A DNA stretch of 64,000 nt from the human T2T-CHM13v2.0 reference genome, Homo sapiens, in assembly GCF_009914755.1 (NCBI RefSeq), contig NC_060926.1, one strand, 5' to 3'. A program made the position numbers and the translations under genes. Below the pieces are notes generated by a model that saw nothing but the letters and a program-made list of their open reading frames with translations, did no database searches and was not told the origin of the DNA. Positions 27,991-41,935 of the stretch are shown here, piece by piece. Each line of letters starts with the position of its first letter. The stretch's first letter is position 1.

Positions 27991-28149
27991 GTGATTAGGT
28001 TTTAATGGGATGGTAAGGGGTGCATGATTTGTCGCCAAGGGGGGAGTAGAGGCATCCTATACTTGTGGTTTAAGGTTGGGAGATACAAGGGGAGGATGCA
28101 AAGGAGGCTTTGAATTGGAGGAAAAGGCAGCCATGAGGTGTGGCTGTAG

Positions 28150-28440
28150 CCCAGGAATAGTCAGGGAAGCAGACAATTTAGTTAAAATGTCTCAACTTAA
28201 TAAGGGAGCTGGGCAGGTGGCGACAACTAAAAAGGAGTGCTTAAAAGAGTATTGTTTAAGTTGGCACCAGAGTTGCGGAGTTTTAAGAGGTTTAGAAGCC
28301 TGGCCATCAATACCCACAACAGTTATGGAGGCAAAGGAAACAGGCCCTTGAAAAGAAGGTAATGTGATGTGAGTAGCCTCCCTATTGATTAAGAAGGGGA
28401 TGGACTTACCCTCCAATGTAAGAGTTACCCAAAGCGTCTG
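28150..28440 (-). pseudogene. HERV-H protease remnant
   Basis: EGKSIPFLINREATH...VVGIDGQ...HSFLVVATCPAPLLS; catalytic DTG replaced by NRE. Confidence 0.85.
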
Positions 28441-28449
28441 TGATGGTCC

Positions 28450-29620
28450 TGTAGACTTCCGAGGTGATTGGGCAGCATCAGTCTTTAGCCGCTAAGCCGA
28501 GTAGATCTGGGAAGGAGTCAGTCAGACAGCCTTGGGGCAGAGTTCCAGGGGTTCTGGGAGTGGCTGCCAGGTTGGACAGTCTGATTTCCAGTGGGGACCC
28601 ATACAGATGGGACATGGCTTAGGAGGAATCCCAGGCTGTGAGCATTCCTTGGCCCAGTATTTTCAGCACTTGAAGCAAGTTCCTGGGGGAGGAGGCCCTG
28701 GAAGAACGTCTGGTTGCAGCAGTTCAGGCGTTTGGAAGTTCTTGCGTGCTGGAGATGTGGCTGGGATTTGTCTCACAGTGGAGGCAAGGAATTGCAACTC
28801 AGAAACACATTGCTACTTGGCTGCCTCTACTCTATTATTATACACCTTGAAGGCAAGGTTAATTAAGTCCTGTTGTGGGGTTTGAGGGCCGGAATTTAAT
28901 TTTTGGAGTTTTATTTAATGTCAGGAGCAGATTGGGTAATAAAATGTATATTGAGAATAAGATGGCCTTTTGACCTTTAAGGGTCTGGGGCTGTAAAGCA
29001 TCTCAGGGTTGCTAACAAACAAGCCATGAACTGGGCTAGGTTTTCATATTTTGTGAAAAAGAGCCTAGATGCTAACTGATTTGGGAAAGGTCAGATAAAC
29101 AAAAAGGAGCATTAACCTTGACTATGCCTTTAGCTACAGCTACCTTTTTAAGAGGAAATTGCTGGGCAGGTGGGGGAGGGCTATTTGCAGAATGAAACTG
29201 TAAGCTGGACCGGGTGTGAGGAGGGGAGGTGACAAAAGGATTACAGGGTGGAGGAGTGGAGGCTGAGGAAGAATTGGGACCTAGCTCGGCCTGGCAAGGA
29301 GCAGCCTGGGGAGGAGGGGAGAGGTCAGATGGGTCTGTAGAAAAGGAAGATTAGAAAGACTCAGTGACACTTGGGGTTGGGACTGAGGGGACAGGCAGGA
29401 GGGAAAGAAGGAGGATTTGGGACAAGACTCATTGGGAACAGAGACTAGGGAGGGAAAAATGTGTAAAAAATGCCTGGATGTCAGGCATCTCAGATTGTTT
29501 GCCCACTTTATGACAAGAATTATCTAGATCTTGTAGGATAGAAAAATCGAAAGTTCCATTTTCTGGCTATTTGGAACCACTGTTGAGTTTGTACTGGGGT
29601 CAAGCAGTGTTGCAGAAGAA
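28450..29620 (-). pseudogene. HERV-H gag remnant
   Basis: Minus-strand translation of 28570-28690: PPGTCFKC*KYWAKEC...KPCPICMGPHWKSDCP (two NC zinc knuckles, the first broken); 5' boundary approximate. Confidence 0.75.
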
Positions 29621-30173
29621 AATAAGATGCTTAGATTTTAGGTCAGGCAAGAGTTGAAGAGGTTTTAAGTTCTTGAGAACACAAGCTAAGGGAGAAGAAG
29701 GAGGAATGGAGGGTGGAAGGTTGCCCACAGTGAAGGAGGCAAGTTTAAAGAGAAGAGTAGAGACATGGAGAGAAGGGGTGGGGGGTACTTGCCCCCCTGG
29801 AAAGTGGCGAAGGGGTAGAGACACAGAGAGAAGGGGTCAGAGGGTGCTTGCCCCCCAGAAAAGTGGTGCTTGCCGCTAAGAGTGAAGGACCAAGGCAGGC
29901 GTCCCTGCGTGGTCAGACACCTCTGAAACGTGGGTGAATAATCAGGCAGGCATCCCCACGTGATTAAACACCAACGGAAGACTGTCTTCTGGAGTCCGTG
30001 ACCGGCGCCGGAGTTTTGGGTCCATGGATAAAACACATTTCCTTTGTCTCTACCAGAAAAGGAAAGGAACTGAAATTAAGAGAAGGGAGAGATTGAAGTG
30101 TGGCACCAAGATTGAAAGGAGAAAGAGGTTGAGGGATAGTGAGAGAGGCTGGAGAAGAGAGTAAGGAGAGGCT

Positions 30174-30182
30174 GCTTACTGG
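30174..30182 (-). promoter_or_regulatory. HERV-H leader major splice donor (CCA|GTAAGC)
   Basis: ttttaaatccaGTAAGCagcctc ~150 nt downstream of the 5' LTR, the known position of the HERV-H donor; -1 base is A rather than G. Confidence 0.6.
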
Positions 30183-30305
30183 ATTTAAAATTGGTGAGAT
30201 GTTCCTTGGGCTGGTTAGTCTGAGGACCAGAGGTCGTAGGTGGATCTTTCTCACGGAGCAAAGAGCAGGAGGACAGGGGATTGATCTCCCAAGGAAGGTC
30301 CCCCG

Positions 30306-30323
30306 ATCCAAGTCACAGCACCA
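30306..30323 (-). other. Primer binding site, tRNA-His
   Basis: TGGTGCTGTGACTTGGAT, 16/18 to the HERV-H PBS TGGTGCCGTGACTCGGAT; both changes are CpG transitions; immediately after the 5' LTR. Confidence 0.92.
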
Positions 30324-30325
30324 AA

Positions 30326-30714
30326 TTTCACTCCTGTCCATGTGAAAAGACCACCAAACCTGGTGAGCAATAAAGCTTTTTAATCACCTGGGTGCAGGCG
30401 GGCTGAGTCCGAAAAGAGAGTCAGCAAAGGGAGATGGGGTGGGGCCATTTTATAACATTTGGGTAGGTAGTGGAAAATTACAGTCAAAGGGGGTTGTTCT
30501 CTGGCTGGCAGGGGTGGAGGTCACCAGGTGCTCAGTGGGGGAGCTTTTGAGCCAGGATGAGCCAGGAGAATTTCACAAGGTAATGTCATCTGTTAAGGTA
30601 GGAACGGGCCATTTACACTTCTTTTGTCATTTTTCAGTTACTTCAGGCCATCTGGATGTATACGTGCAGGTCACAGGAGATATGATGGCTTAGCTTGGGC
30701 TCAGAGGCCTGACA
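30326..30714 (-). promoter_or_regulatory. HERV-H 5' LTR (LTR7) promoter
   Basis: TATAAAA at 30448-30454, adjacent CCCCACCCC GT/GC box at 30436-30444, ATTAAA at 30379-30384 (all minus strand). Confidence 0.92.
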
Positions 30715-30799
30715 ACATCTAAGGCACCTGCTTCACAGCTCCAGGAAACCAGGAAATCTTACAGGTTTATTACTGTGGGGGATGGGTCAGGAAGCTGCC

Positions 30800-32650
30800 T
30801 CCTGCTCAATACTCAAAACAGACAGAAGAAAGAGTTTAGCTGCCTATGAGGAAAAAGGTCAGGGATGCAGACAGAAAAATCCCCACCCCCAAGGCCCAGG
30901 AACACAGGTCCATCTGTGACTGAGACTGAGCCAAGAGAATAGAGAACCCTTCTTCAGTCCCAGCCCCCACAACATTGACATAAGCCTTCCATCAAGTAAC
31001 ACGCATAAGCAACTACAGTCTGCTAATGGTAGAGGATCAAGAACATGAAGAGAGACCCCTATGTGTTTCAAGCATTCAGAGATTGCTGAAAGCTTATGGT
31101 AGAGCATGAATATTAAGAATAATTTTTCAGCATTGAAGAAAATCGACGTCTCTGCTACACTGATGGTGACTATACCAACAACAACAAAAATCAATCCTAG
31201 AAACCTACTAATTGACTCAACCCACTACATTAGTGACTGCCAGAAAAAGAATCATGTCCATTTCTGGTATAAAGAATAGTTCTTTCAGCCTCTACTATTC
31301 CCTCATAATAATTAATACTCAAACATTTTGAAACATACTGAAAATAGAGTTTACTGCCAGATAAATCAAACAATACAAAGTCTTACAAATGAGGACATAT
31401 AAGATAAATCAGATAGGGTTTTTTAAATAACTATAAATAATATTTTAAAAGCTATGGTTAAAAAAATCTGGAAAATATTCATGAATAAATGGAAAATCTA
31501 GTAGAGACATGGAAATTATAAGAAATTGTCAAATAAAAATTCTAAGAAAAAAACCCCACCATATCAGAGATAACATATCCCATCAATAGAATTATCAGCT
31601 GATGGGAAACACTTAAGGAAAATCAGGAAACTTAGAAATAGGTCCATAGAAATTATCTACACTGATAATTTACTACAAAGAAAACGGATTGAGAACTGTA
31701 TTAGATAACAAAACATCCATGGAAGCACAGCAAACAAAATAACATATACGTAACTGGGGTCCAAGAAAGAGAAAAGAGAAAGAATGAAGAAAAACGTATA
31801 GAGGAATAAAGGCCAACAATTTTCCAAAATTCATCAGAAACAAACACACAAGCAAAAAACAGAAATCCAAAGAGTTAAATGAAACAGCAGGTTTAGAGTC
31901 AATGAACGCTGTTAAACATCTTACAATACAGAGAACAGGTTTCTTACAACAAAATCCAAATTGTCTAACCAAAATATGTCACTGGTGCTGAGGATGACAA
32001 ACTCTGCTCAAGAACTATCATTTAAAAACATTTAAAGTGATATATCTAATAAGTCAATCAAGACCCACCCAAATATATATATCATATGAAACCCAATTTA
32101 AACATCAAGTCACCGATTGGATTAAAAAAAAAAAGAGAATGGCAAAATATGTTCCATGTAAACATTAACAATTTTAAAGTGGCATGGTTATATTAATAAC
32201 AAGGTAGGTTTAAAACAAAACCTATTATCAGGTATAAAGAAAGAAATTGCATGATGATATAGGGCTTAATTCATTAAAGAACACATAATGCTTCTAAATT
32301 TGTATCTACTTAAAAAACAGAGTTTTAAAATATGAGAAGCAAAAACTGACAGGACAAGATTTAAAAACAGACAAGTCAAAAATTATAGTTAGCCAAATAA
32401 ACACCTCACTCATTAATTGATTAAAAAAGATGGAAAATTAGTAAAAATATAGGCAACTTTAATAATACTGTAATCAATATGACCTAATTGAAACTTGTAG
32501 AACACTTCAAACAAGAGGAGAATATACATTGTTCAAGTGCACGTGCAACATTCACCATGATAAGCAGAATTTGAGGACGTTGATAATATCAACGCATTTT
32601 AAAAAATGTAAATCAAACAATGAACCAATGGGATTAAAATGAAAATAAAT
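30800..32650 (+). mobile_element. Ancient L1M 5'UTR/ORF1 to ORF2 endonuclease fragment
   Basis: A-rich ORF1-like sequence (aacatatacgtaactggggtccaagaaag...aattttccaaaattc) and EN-like sequence (gaatggcaaaatatgttccatgtaaac; gaatatacattgttcaagtgcac); 5' boundary approximate. Confidence 0.65.
31890..32006. mobile_element. MER20 (hAT-Charlie) terminal fragment
   Basis: gctgttaaacatcttacaatacagagaacagg...aaaatatgtcactggtgctgaggatgacaaactctg. Confidence 0.65.
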
Positions 32651-32654
32651 AACT

Positions 32655-33295
32655 TCAGGTAGTTCTACTTTTAGTTTTTTGAGGACCTCCCATACTGCTC
32701 TCCCTAATGGTTGTACTAATTTACATTCTCACCAGTGGTGGATAGGGGGGTCCCACTTCTCCAGATACAGGCCAGCATTTATTTTTCTGTATTTTGGTAA
32801 CAGCCATTCTAAATAGGATGAACTCATATCTCTTTGGGGTTTTGATTTGCATTTCCCTGATAATTGATGATGGTGAGCATTTTTATATATGCCTGTTGCC
32901 TATTTGTATGTCTTTTTTTGAAAAATGTCTATTTGAGTCATATATTCTGATTATTAGCCACTTGTCAGATGCATAGTTTTAAGTTGAAAATACTTTCTCT
33001 CATTCTATAGGTTGTCACTTTACCCTGTTGATTGTTTCTTTTGTTGTTCAGTAGCTTTTTATTTTGATGTAATCCCATTTGTCTATTTATCTTTAGTTGC
33101 CTATGCTTTTTTCATCCAAAAAATCCTTGCCTAGACCAACATTATAAAGTCTTTCTCCTATATTTTCTTCTAATAATTTTATAGTTTTAAGTCTTATATT
33201 TAAGTATTTAATCTACTTTGAGTCGATTTTTGTGTATGATGAGAGATAAGTGTCTAGTTTAATTCTTCTGCATGTGAATATCCAGTTTGTCCAGG
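32655..33295 (-). mobile_element. L1MA-type ORF2 C-terminal fragment
   Basis: ggtagttctacttttagttttttgaggacctccatactg...gttttgatttgcatttccctgat. Confidence 0.8.
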
Positions 33296-33579
33296 ACCTC
33301 TTCAAAATTATTAGTGTCATGAATGACAATGAAAGATTAAAGAAACCAAAGCTTCTACTCAACATGTATGAAATGAAATTTATTTTATCTCCTCAAACAT
33401 GTTCTTCTGATTTTTAAAAATTATATATAGTAGCAATGCCATGTCCACAGTTACATAAAAGATCAATCAGAAGATGAAATTTTATTAACAACCTTATTCA
33501 TTAACACTCTAAGCTTGTAAGTTATTAAATTCTGCCAATTTTAACTCTGAAATATCACGCAAATCCACACACTTTCAAA

Positions 33580-35625
<2,046 letters not shown>

Positions 35626-35639
35626 GTTCACCACCCATT

Positions 35640-36335
35640 CTCTTTTATTTTCACAGTAACTATTTGAATTTGGATACTTGACTTTTTTTTATGCTTTCTG
35701 AGTTTTTCTGTAGACTTCCAAATGAACTCTTGTCTTCAAATCTACCCATTCAACCAATTCATTATGTAGCTGTCAGCTGCCCTCCAAAACCAAAATTGTG
35801 ATTGCCATTTCTTGCTCATAAACCATTGGTGGCTTCTCCTTATACTTAGAATAAATCTTAACTCTCAAAGATCGCATCAATCATCTTCAACTACTGGTCG
35901 TAACCTAAGATTTTAGTATTATTTCTGATATCAATGATCTTCTGGTCCCATGAACCTTGAGTCCCCACAACCCCAGCCCAATTATTAGGTTATTTACACA
36001 ATTAACTTCTATACCTCTGTGCTTTTGCTTATGTTTGAACAACTTTCTCTCCTTCCATCTCCACCACCAAATTTGTACTTATTCTTTATGCCATACTTGG
36101 GTATCTATTCCTCTGGAAAGTCTTTTCTAATCACTATGCCTGCAGCATCATCTTAGCATTTGTTTCTGTCTTTCTTATGTAAATGGCATAAGGATTATAT
36201 GTTACAGCTAATGGTGTACCTGTTTCTTTCACTAGTTGTTAAGCTACTTGTTAAGAAGGACCATACACATTTGTATATGTTTCATGTCCAATATGTATTG
36301 ATAACCTGTGTCAGTACATGTTTGTTTCATGAACA
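35640..36335 (+). mobile_element. L2 LINE 3' fragment
   Basis: cttgctcataaaccattggtggcttctcc; tacctctgtgcttttgcttatg; cactagttgttaagctacttg. Confidence 0.6.
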
Positions 36336-37354
36336 GTTACAAATATTAAAATTTTAAAAGAGAGCATTTAAAATGTATTACATTATGAAATAATTATTTG
36401 CATTTCAAAGTGTTTTTGTTTGTTTTGTGTTGAACTACCCGGTGGAAAATCTATCTTTTATAATAGAATTTATTTATAATCTACTTTCAGGATATATGTA
36501 TAACCAGAATTGGTACATCTATGTCACTACTTCCACAAATGGTCTTCTGTAATTCCTATTATAAGTAGATCTGATTCCAAAAATAGAGTACTTTGCTTTG
36601 TTTTATTCTTCGTTTTCCTCAGCAATTTGCATCACTGGGAAATGCCACATTTTTCATCATGTACACTTTTAATCTCAGTTTATTCATCAGTAAAATAACT
36701 ATTAGATCAAATTATTTCTAATATTCCATTTAATTTCTTGTATGTGTCATGTGCTGGACATTTGCATATGCTCTGTTGCAGCAGCCGCAGAGCTAGAATG
36801 TTATTTTCCCCATCTGCATGTGCCATCAGCACTTAAATTTTATCTTATTATTTAATGGGAATAGTGTTTAAATATTTCAGCTATTCCAAGATAATGGTTC
36901 CTTCCTTTCTTGGAGAACTTTACTTAATAAGATATGCATGAAGTTTCCACAACTATAAAGCTGAACCAGTGATTCATTCTTAGCTTATAACTAGTTGTTA
37001 AAATTTTGTGAATATTTTAAATGTGTTAAATTCATACTTTTTTGTTCCCCTTGAATTTCTGATATGATCTTTTCCCTTTCCTGCATTTATACAGAAAGTG
37101 AATGCTGATGAGAAAATTTTGATTTGAATCTATAAAACTATGTTTATTTCTTCTTGCTTTGCTTTATTTATTATAACCTATACCTTTTCTCATCATATAT
37201 TTCAATTTCTCATATCTCCTATCCACATGAACGTAATTTGTTCTAGTTGATTTGTGAAGCTAGAATATTTTATTTCTATGCCTCAATATTTTGAAGAATC
37301 TTTTTTATCTTCCTTTTCATCATTATTATAATCATCACCATTATATCAATAATA

Positions 37355-37610
37355 ATAATATAAATTATATATCATTTTTGAGTATCTTTATTGTGTCAGG
37401 AATAATTCAAGTTCGTTTTGCAATGTTTCTCTGGCTAACCACAAAAAGGCATGATGGGGTGTATATTAACTTCAACTTATAGGTAAGAAAATTGAGATTG
37501 AGAAAGATTAAGTAGCTTATTCAAGGTTTATTGAAAGTAAATGGAGAAACTTTGATTTGAGGCAAGGAAAGTCTGACATTAAACCATGTTTCATAAGCTC
37601 ATACTCCCAC
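37355..37610 (-). mobile_element. MIR SINE
   Basis: ttataggtaagaaaattgagattgagaaagattaagtagcttattcaagg core. Confidence 0.65.
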
Positions 37611-37754
37611 TGAAATAGTTACAGCTTTTTAAATCTCAGGCATATTGATAATTTCCAGGTAAATGTTTTTTTAATATACTTATACAGGTCTTTAGAAGGC
37701 TGCATCTAAAATTATGATATTGAAATGTAAGGAACAAAACATTTATTAGGCAAG

Positions 37755-38048
37755 TGCTATGCCTTATGTGTTTCTGAAAAATTCATGTGCTTGCTGGAAA
37801 CTTAATCCTTCTGCCCTCATGAACAGATTAATAGATTAATGAGGTCTCTGCCCTCATGAAAGGATTAATGTCACTGCCATGGGAATGGTTTTGTTATACA
37901 AGCAAGCTCTCTGAGGCTTACTTGCTCTATCTTACCATGTGATGCCTCTCACTATGTCATGATGCACCAGATGCCAGTACCATGCTTTTGAACCTCCCAA
38001 CCTCTAGAGCCATGAGCTACTTATAGCAACAGAAAATGAACTAGGATA
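37755..38048 (+). mobile_element. MSTC-like solo LTR with internal deletions
   Basis: tgctatg...ctctgccctcatgaa (twice)...caccagatgccagtaccatgcttttgaacctccc...tatagcaacagaaaatgaactagg. Confidence 0.75.
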
Positions 38049-40820
38049 GCTAGATAGATATAAACCTGGGTTTCAGTTTCATGACAGCACTATCTAGCCT
38101 CACGCTTTTCATCATTCAGTGAACCTCTCTCTGGCATGGTTTTTATCTCTGTCAAAGGAGAAAACATTGTTACTCTGCATGGGTCTTGTTAAGATGATAC
38201 CTGATATTATTATTTAAATAAGTGGTCAGACCACACCTTAATCTTAGAAAGCACTGAAGAAGGTACAGAAATATGTGGACTTAAAAAAAAGTATTTAGGT
38301 TTTAAAACAGGCCCAAGCTAAAATATTTTTATAAATTACTTATTTACTTCAAAGTTCAACCATTCTTTTATAAAATTATTTATTAAATAATATTAATATA
38401 TTATATAAATAATATTAATATATTCTGAAAAGTCAATTAGGAGATTTCTGGTCTGCAAAAGATGATGCAGACTTGTTTTTCCCTAAATCTTCCCACTAAG
38501 GACAACTATACACTCTGGAAATGGTGCAAGACATAAGCAAAGGCGAACTCTGAAAGGTAATAAGAAAACATACAACAGCTTTAAGAAGCTAGTACTGAAG
38601 AGACAGCACAGTGGTGGCAGGGCATCTTGTGTCCCCCTACCCAACAGAGAAAGATCACCCAGACCCAGCATTTCCTGAGCCCTAACATAGCAACAGAAGA
38701 CAGGCAAATAGACATTCCTTTCCAAATAGGAATGCCTCTGACAATATTAGGGGAGACCAACACCACCAGAAAGGGGCATTATTTGGGAGCCCTGCCAGAA
38801 ATGAGCAGCCAGGGGAGATACTCTTCTTGACAACCAGGCCTGAAGCTCTCCTTATCCACTGAAAGATACAAAAGCAGGTAAGTAGAGCTAGTAGAGGAGA
38901 CAAGATATAACAGGTGGCCTGGCGAAGGAAAGCTCCTAGTCCCAATGGATCTAGACTCTTCTACCCTGCCTAGAGACACCAGAGTGTGCAGGTAAAACCT
39001 GTAAAAGGGACTCAGTCATCACAAGTAACCTTGTCTGGGAAGCTTTTTGTCTCAGAAGGACCCAGATTCTCATTTCCTTCCAAGATACACGCTGTTGAAC
39101 AAATTGACAAGGCACCCAGTTACAGCAAGGGCCTAAATCTGACAAGTGTCTGTGTCCCTGAAGCCCCAAGAATTTCCTATCTGACCCAGAAACACTACAA
39201 GAGTGGGTGCACTGGTAGGAAAATCACACTATACTTTTCCCCAGGCTGAGATATGCCTGACAGCCAGACAAAAGGAAATGCCTTCACACCCATGGCAGCA
39301 CCACAGGGAATAGTGAGAGCTACTAGAGGACTAGATAAACCAGGAAGATTAATAGAACACCACAAAGCCTCTCATAATTAAACCACATTGGAACCACAGC
39401 CCACAAATGTGGGTCAAGTCCCACACATTCTATCTAAACATAGTGACTGCCTGCTAAGATTTTTTAAAAACAAATAAAAATGACACAGATTCTTCTAACA
39501 TAATTGATTAAATGTCCAGGTACAATAGAAAAAAAAATCACTCATAATACAAGGAATAAAAAAAAATACAACTTGAATAAGAGAAAACAACCAACTGATG
39601 CCCAAATCAAAATGAATCATATGTTGGAATTATCTGATAAGAATTTTAAAGCAGCTATCATAAATGTGCTTGAACTATCAATCACGAAACAAATTTAAAC
39701 ATAGAAAATCTCAGCAAAGAAATAAAAGTTATAAAAATGAACCCAATTGAAATTATGAAATTGAAAAATACAATAAGATGGAAAAAAACTACTTGAATGG
39801 GCTTAATTGTAATATGGAGATGGCAGATAATAGAATCAGTGAAATTAAGACAGAAAAAATAGAATTGATGTAATCTTTACAAGACAGAGAAAATGGGCAG
39901 AAATAAAAAACTGAACAGATCTTTAGGGACCTGTGAGATGTAACAAAGACCCAACATTTATATCATTGAGAAAAAAAAATGGGACTAAAAGAGTGTTTGA
40001 AGAAATAATGGCTGAGACTTCCTAAATTTGGCAAAAGACGCAAACCCACAGCTAGGACGCTGAGCCAACCCTGTACAGGTAAACCGGTAAACCCCAAAAA
40101 AATCCATGCTAAGACATAATATAATCAAATATTTGAAAAGTAAAAAAAGAAGAAAAAGTATTGAAAGTAGCCAAGATAAATTGTATATTATCTACAGAAA
40201 AACAGCAATTTGAATTATAGTAGATTTCTTATCTGAAACTGTGGAGGCCACGGGAGAGTATCACAATATTTTTCAAGCAATAAAAGAAGAGAGCTATAAT
40301 AATTAATTTCATAATATTAATTAATAATATTAAGTATACATTAATTAATAAATATAATTAATAATTAATAACATTCCTTTCAAGAATAAAAAGGAAATTA
40401 AAACATTTCAAGCAAACTAAAACTAAAATAATTTGTCACTAGCAGACTCCCCTTCAAGGCTGGCTAAAGGGATCTTCAAATAGAAAGGAAATGATAAAAG
40501 AAGGAATCATAGAACATCATGAAGAAGGAAGAGTAAAAAGAGAAGAACTAGGGTTACATATAATAGACTGTTTTTTTCTCATGAGTTTAATAAATTATAT
40601 TTGATGATTAAAACAAAAATTATAACACCATCTGATACTCAAGACAAATATATAGAAGCGGGATCTAAATGAAAATGAGATTTCCATACTGCACGTCAAA
40701 TGGTGGAATGTTCATGCCAGTAGGCTGCATGTCACACATGTTTATTTTAATACTCATCCTGACCACTACAAAAATTATAACCAGAGATATACCCAAAACT
40801 ACTTTAAATAAATCAAGATG

Positions 40821-41142
<322 letters not shown>

Positions 41143-41365
41143 TCAAGATGAAATGTTTTTAAAAATGCTCTTACTAATATACAGTAAGGCAAGAAAAGAG
41201 AAACCGCGGAATGAGAACCAGAAGGAATAAAAAACAAAACAAAAAAATGACAGACTTAAACTTTAACATACTAATAATTAACTTAAATATTGATGCTCCG
41301 AATACAACAATCAAAAGACAGAGACTGAATGAGTGGGGACAAAAAATAATCTGAACAGTATACTG

Positions 41366-41935
41366 TGTGCAGCAAAGAATTAACACAGTAAGCCTGAGGT
41401 TGCAATCATTAGAAAGACCAGCTTGTAAGACTGGTCCTTGACTGTTCTCTGGGAACTTGGATTTTGGTAGAATTCCCACCCAAATCTGATAAGGTTTTCA
41501 CTGTGACTAAATGGTACAAATAATATGGTTTATGTTGAACTTTTCTTCTGGGAGTCTGGAATTTTGGTACACCCTAAACAGAAGATGCCTATGTGATCGG
41601 TTCCAAAAAAAAACAAAAAACAAAAAACCCTCTGGACACTGACGGTTGTTAAAAAGCATTTTTAGTAAAAACAAACAAACAAAAACAAAAAACATTTCAC
41701 ACATGTTGTCACACTTAGCTTGAGGAATTCAGCACTTCTATGTGACTCGACTAGGAGAGGACTCATCCAAGAGCTTTCACCTCTTTTCCTCTGGATTAAA
41801 CTGCAAGTACCTTGTCCTTTGCTGGCTAAATCTCTTGCTATAATCAATTATAACCATCAGTTTGACTATGTGCTGAATCCTGCAAATCCTGTTCAGAAAA
41901 CATACCCAGGAGTGGTGTTCGGAACCTATGATACA
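41366..41935 (+). mobile_element. MER68 solo LTR (ERVL) inserted in L1 ORF2
   Basis: tgtgcagcaaagaattaacacagtaagcctgagg...ctgggaacttggatttt...gataca; 5-bp TSD tactg/tcctg; the L1 resumes on the other side. Confidence 0.8.

Larger units (their letters stand above)
25059..30714 (-). mobile_element. HERV-H provirus (LTR7 - HERVH-int - LTR7), env/pol-deleted RTVL-H2 type, ~5.66 kb
   Basis: Two ~390-400 bp direct repeats that begin tgtcaggcctctgagcccaagctaagcc on the minus strand; tRNA-His PBS; PPT; gag/pro/pol remnants. Confidence 0.97.

Noticed and set aside
40295-40372. AT-only quasi-palindromic tract inside L1 ORF1 (similar tract at 38380-38423)
   Set aside because: Low-complexity slippage expansion; self-complementarity is trivial for AT-only sequence
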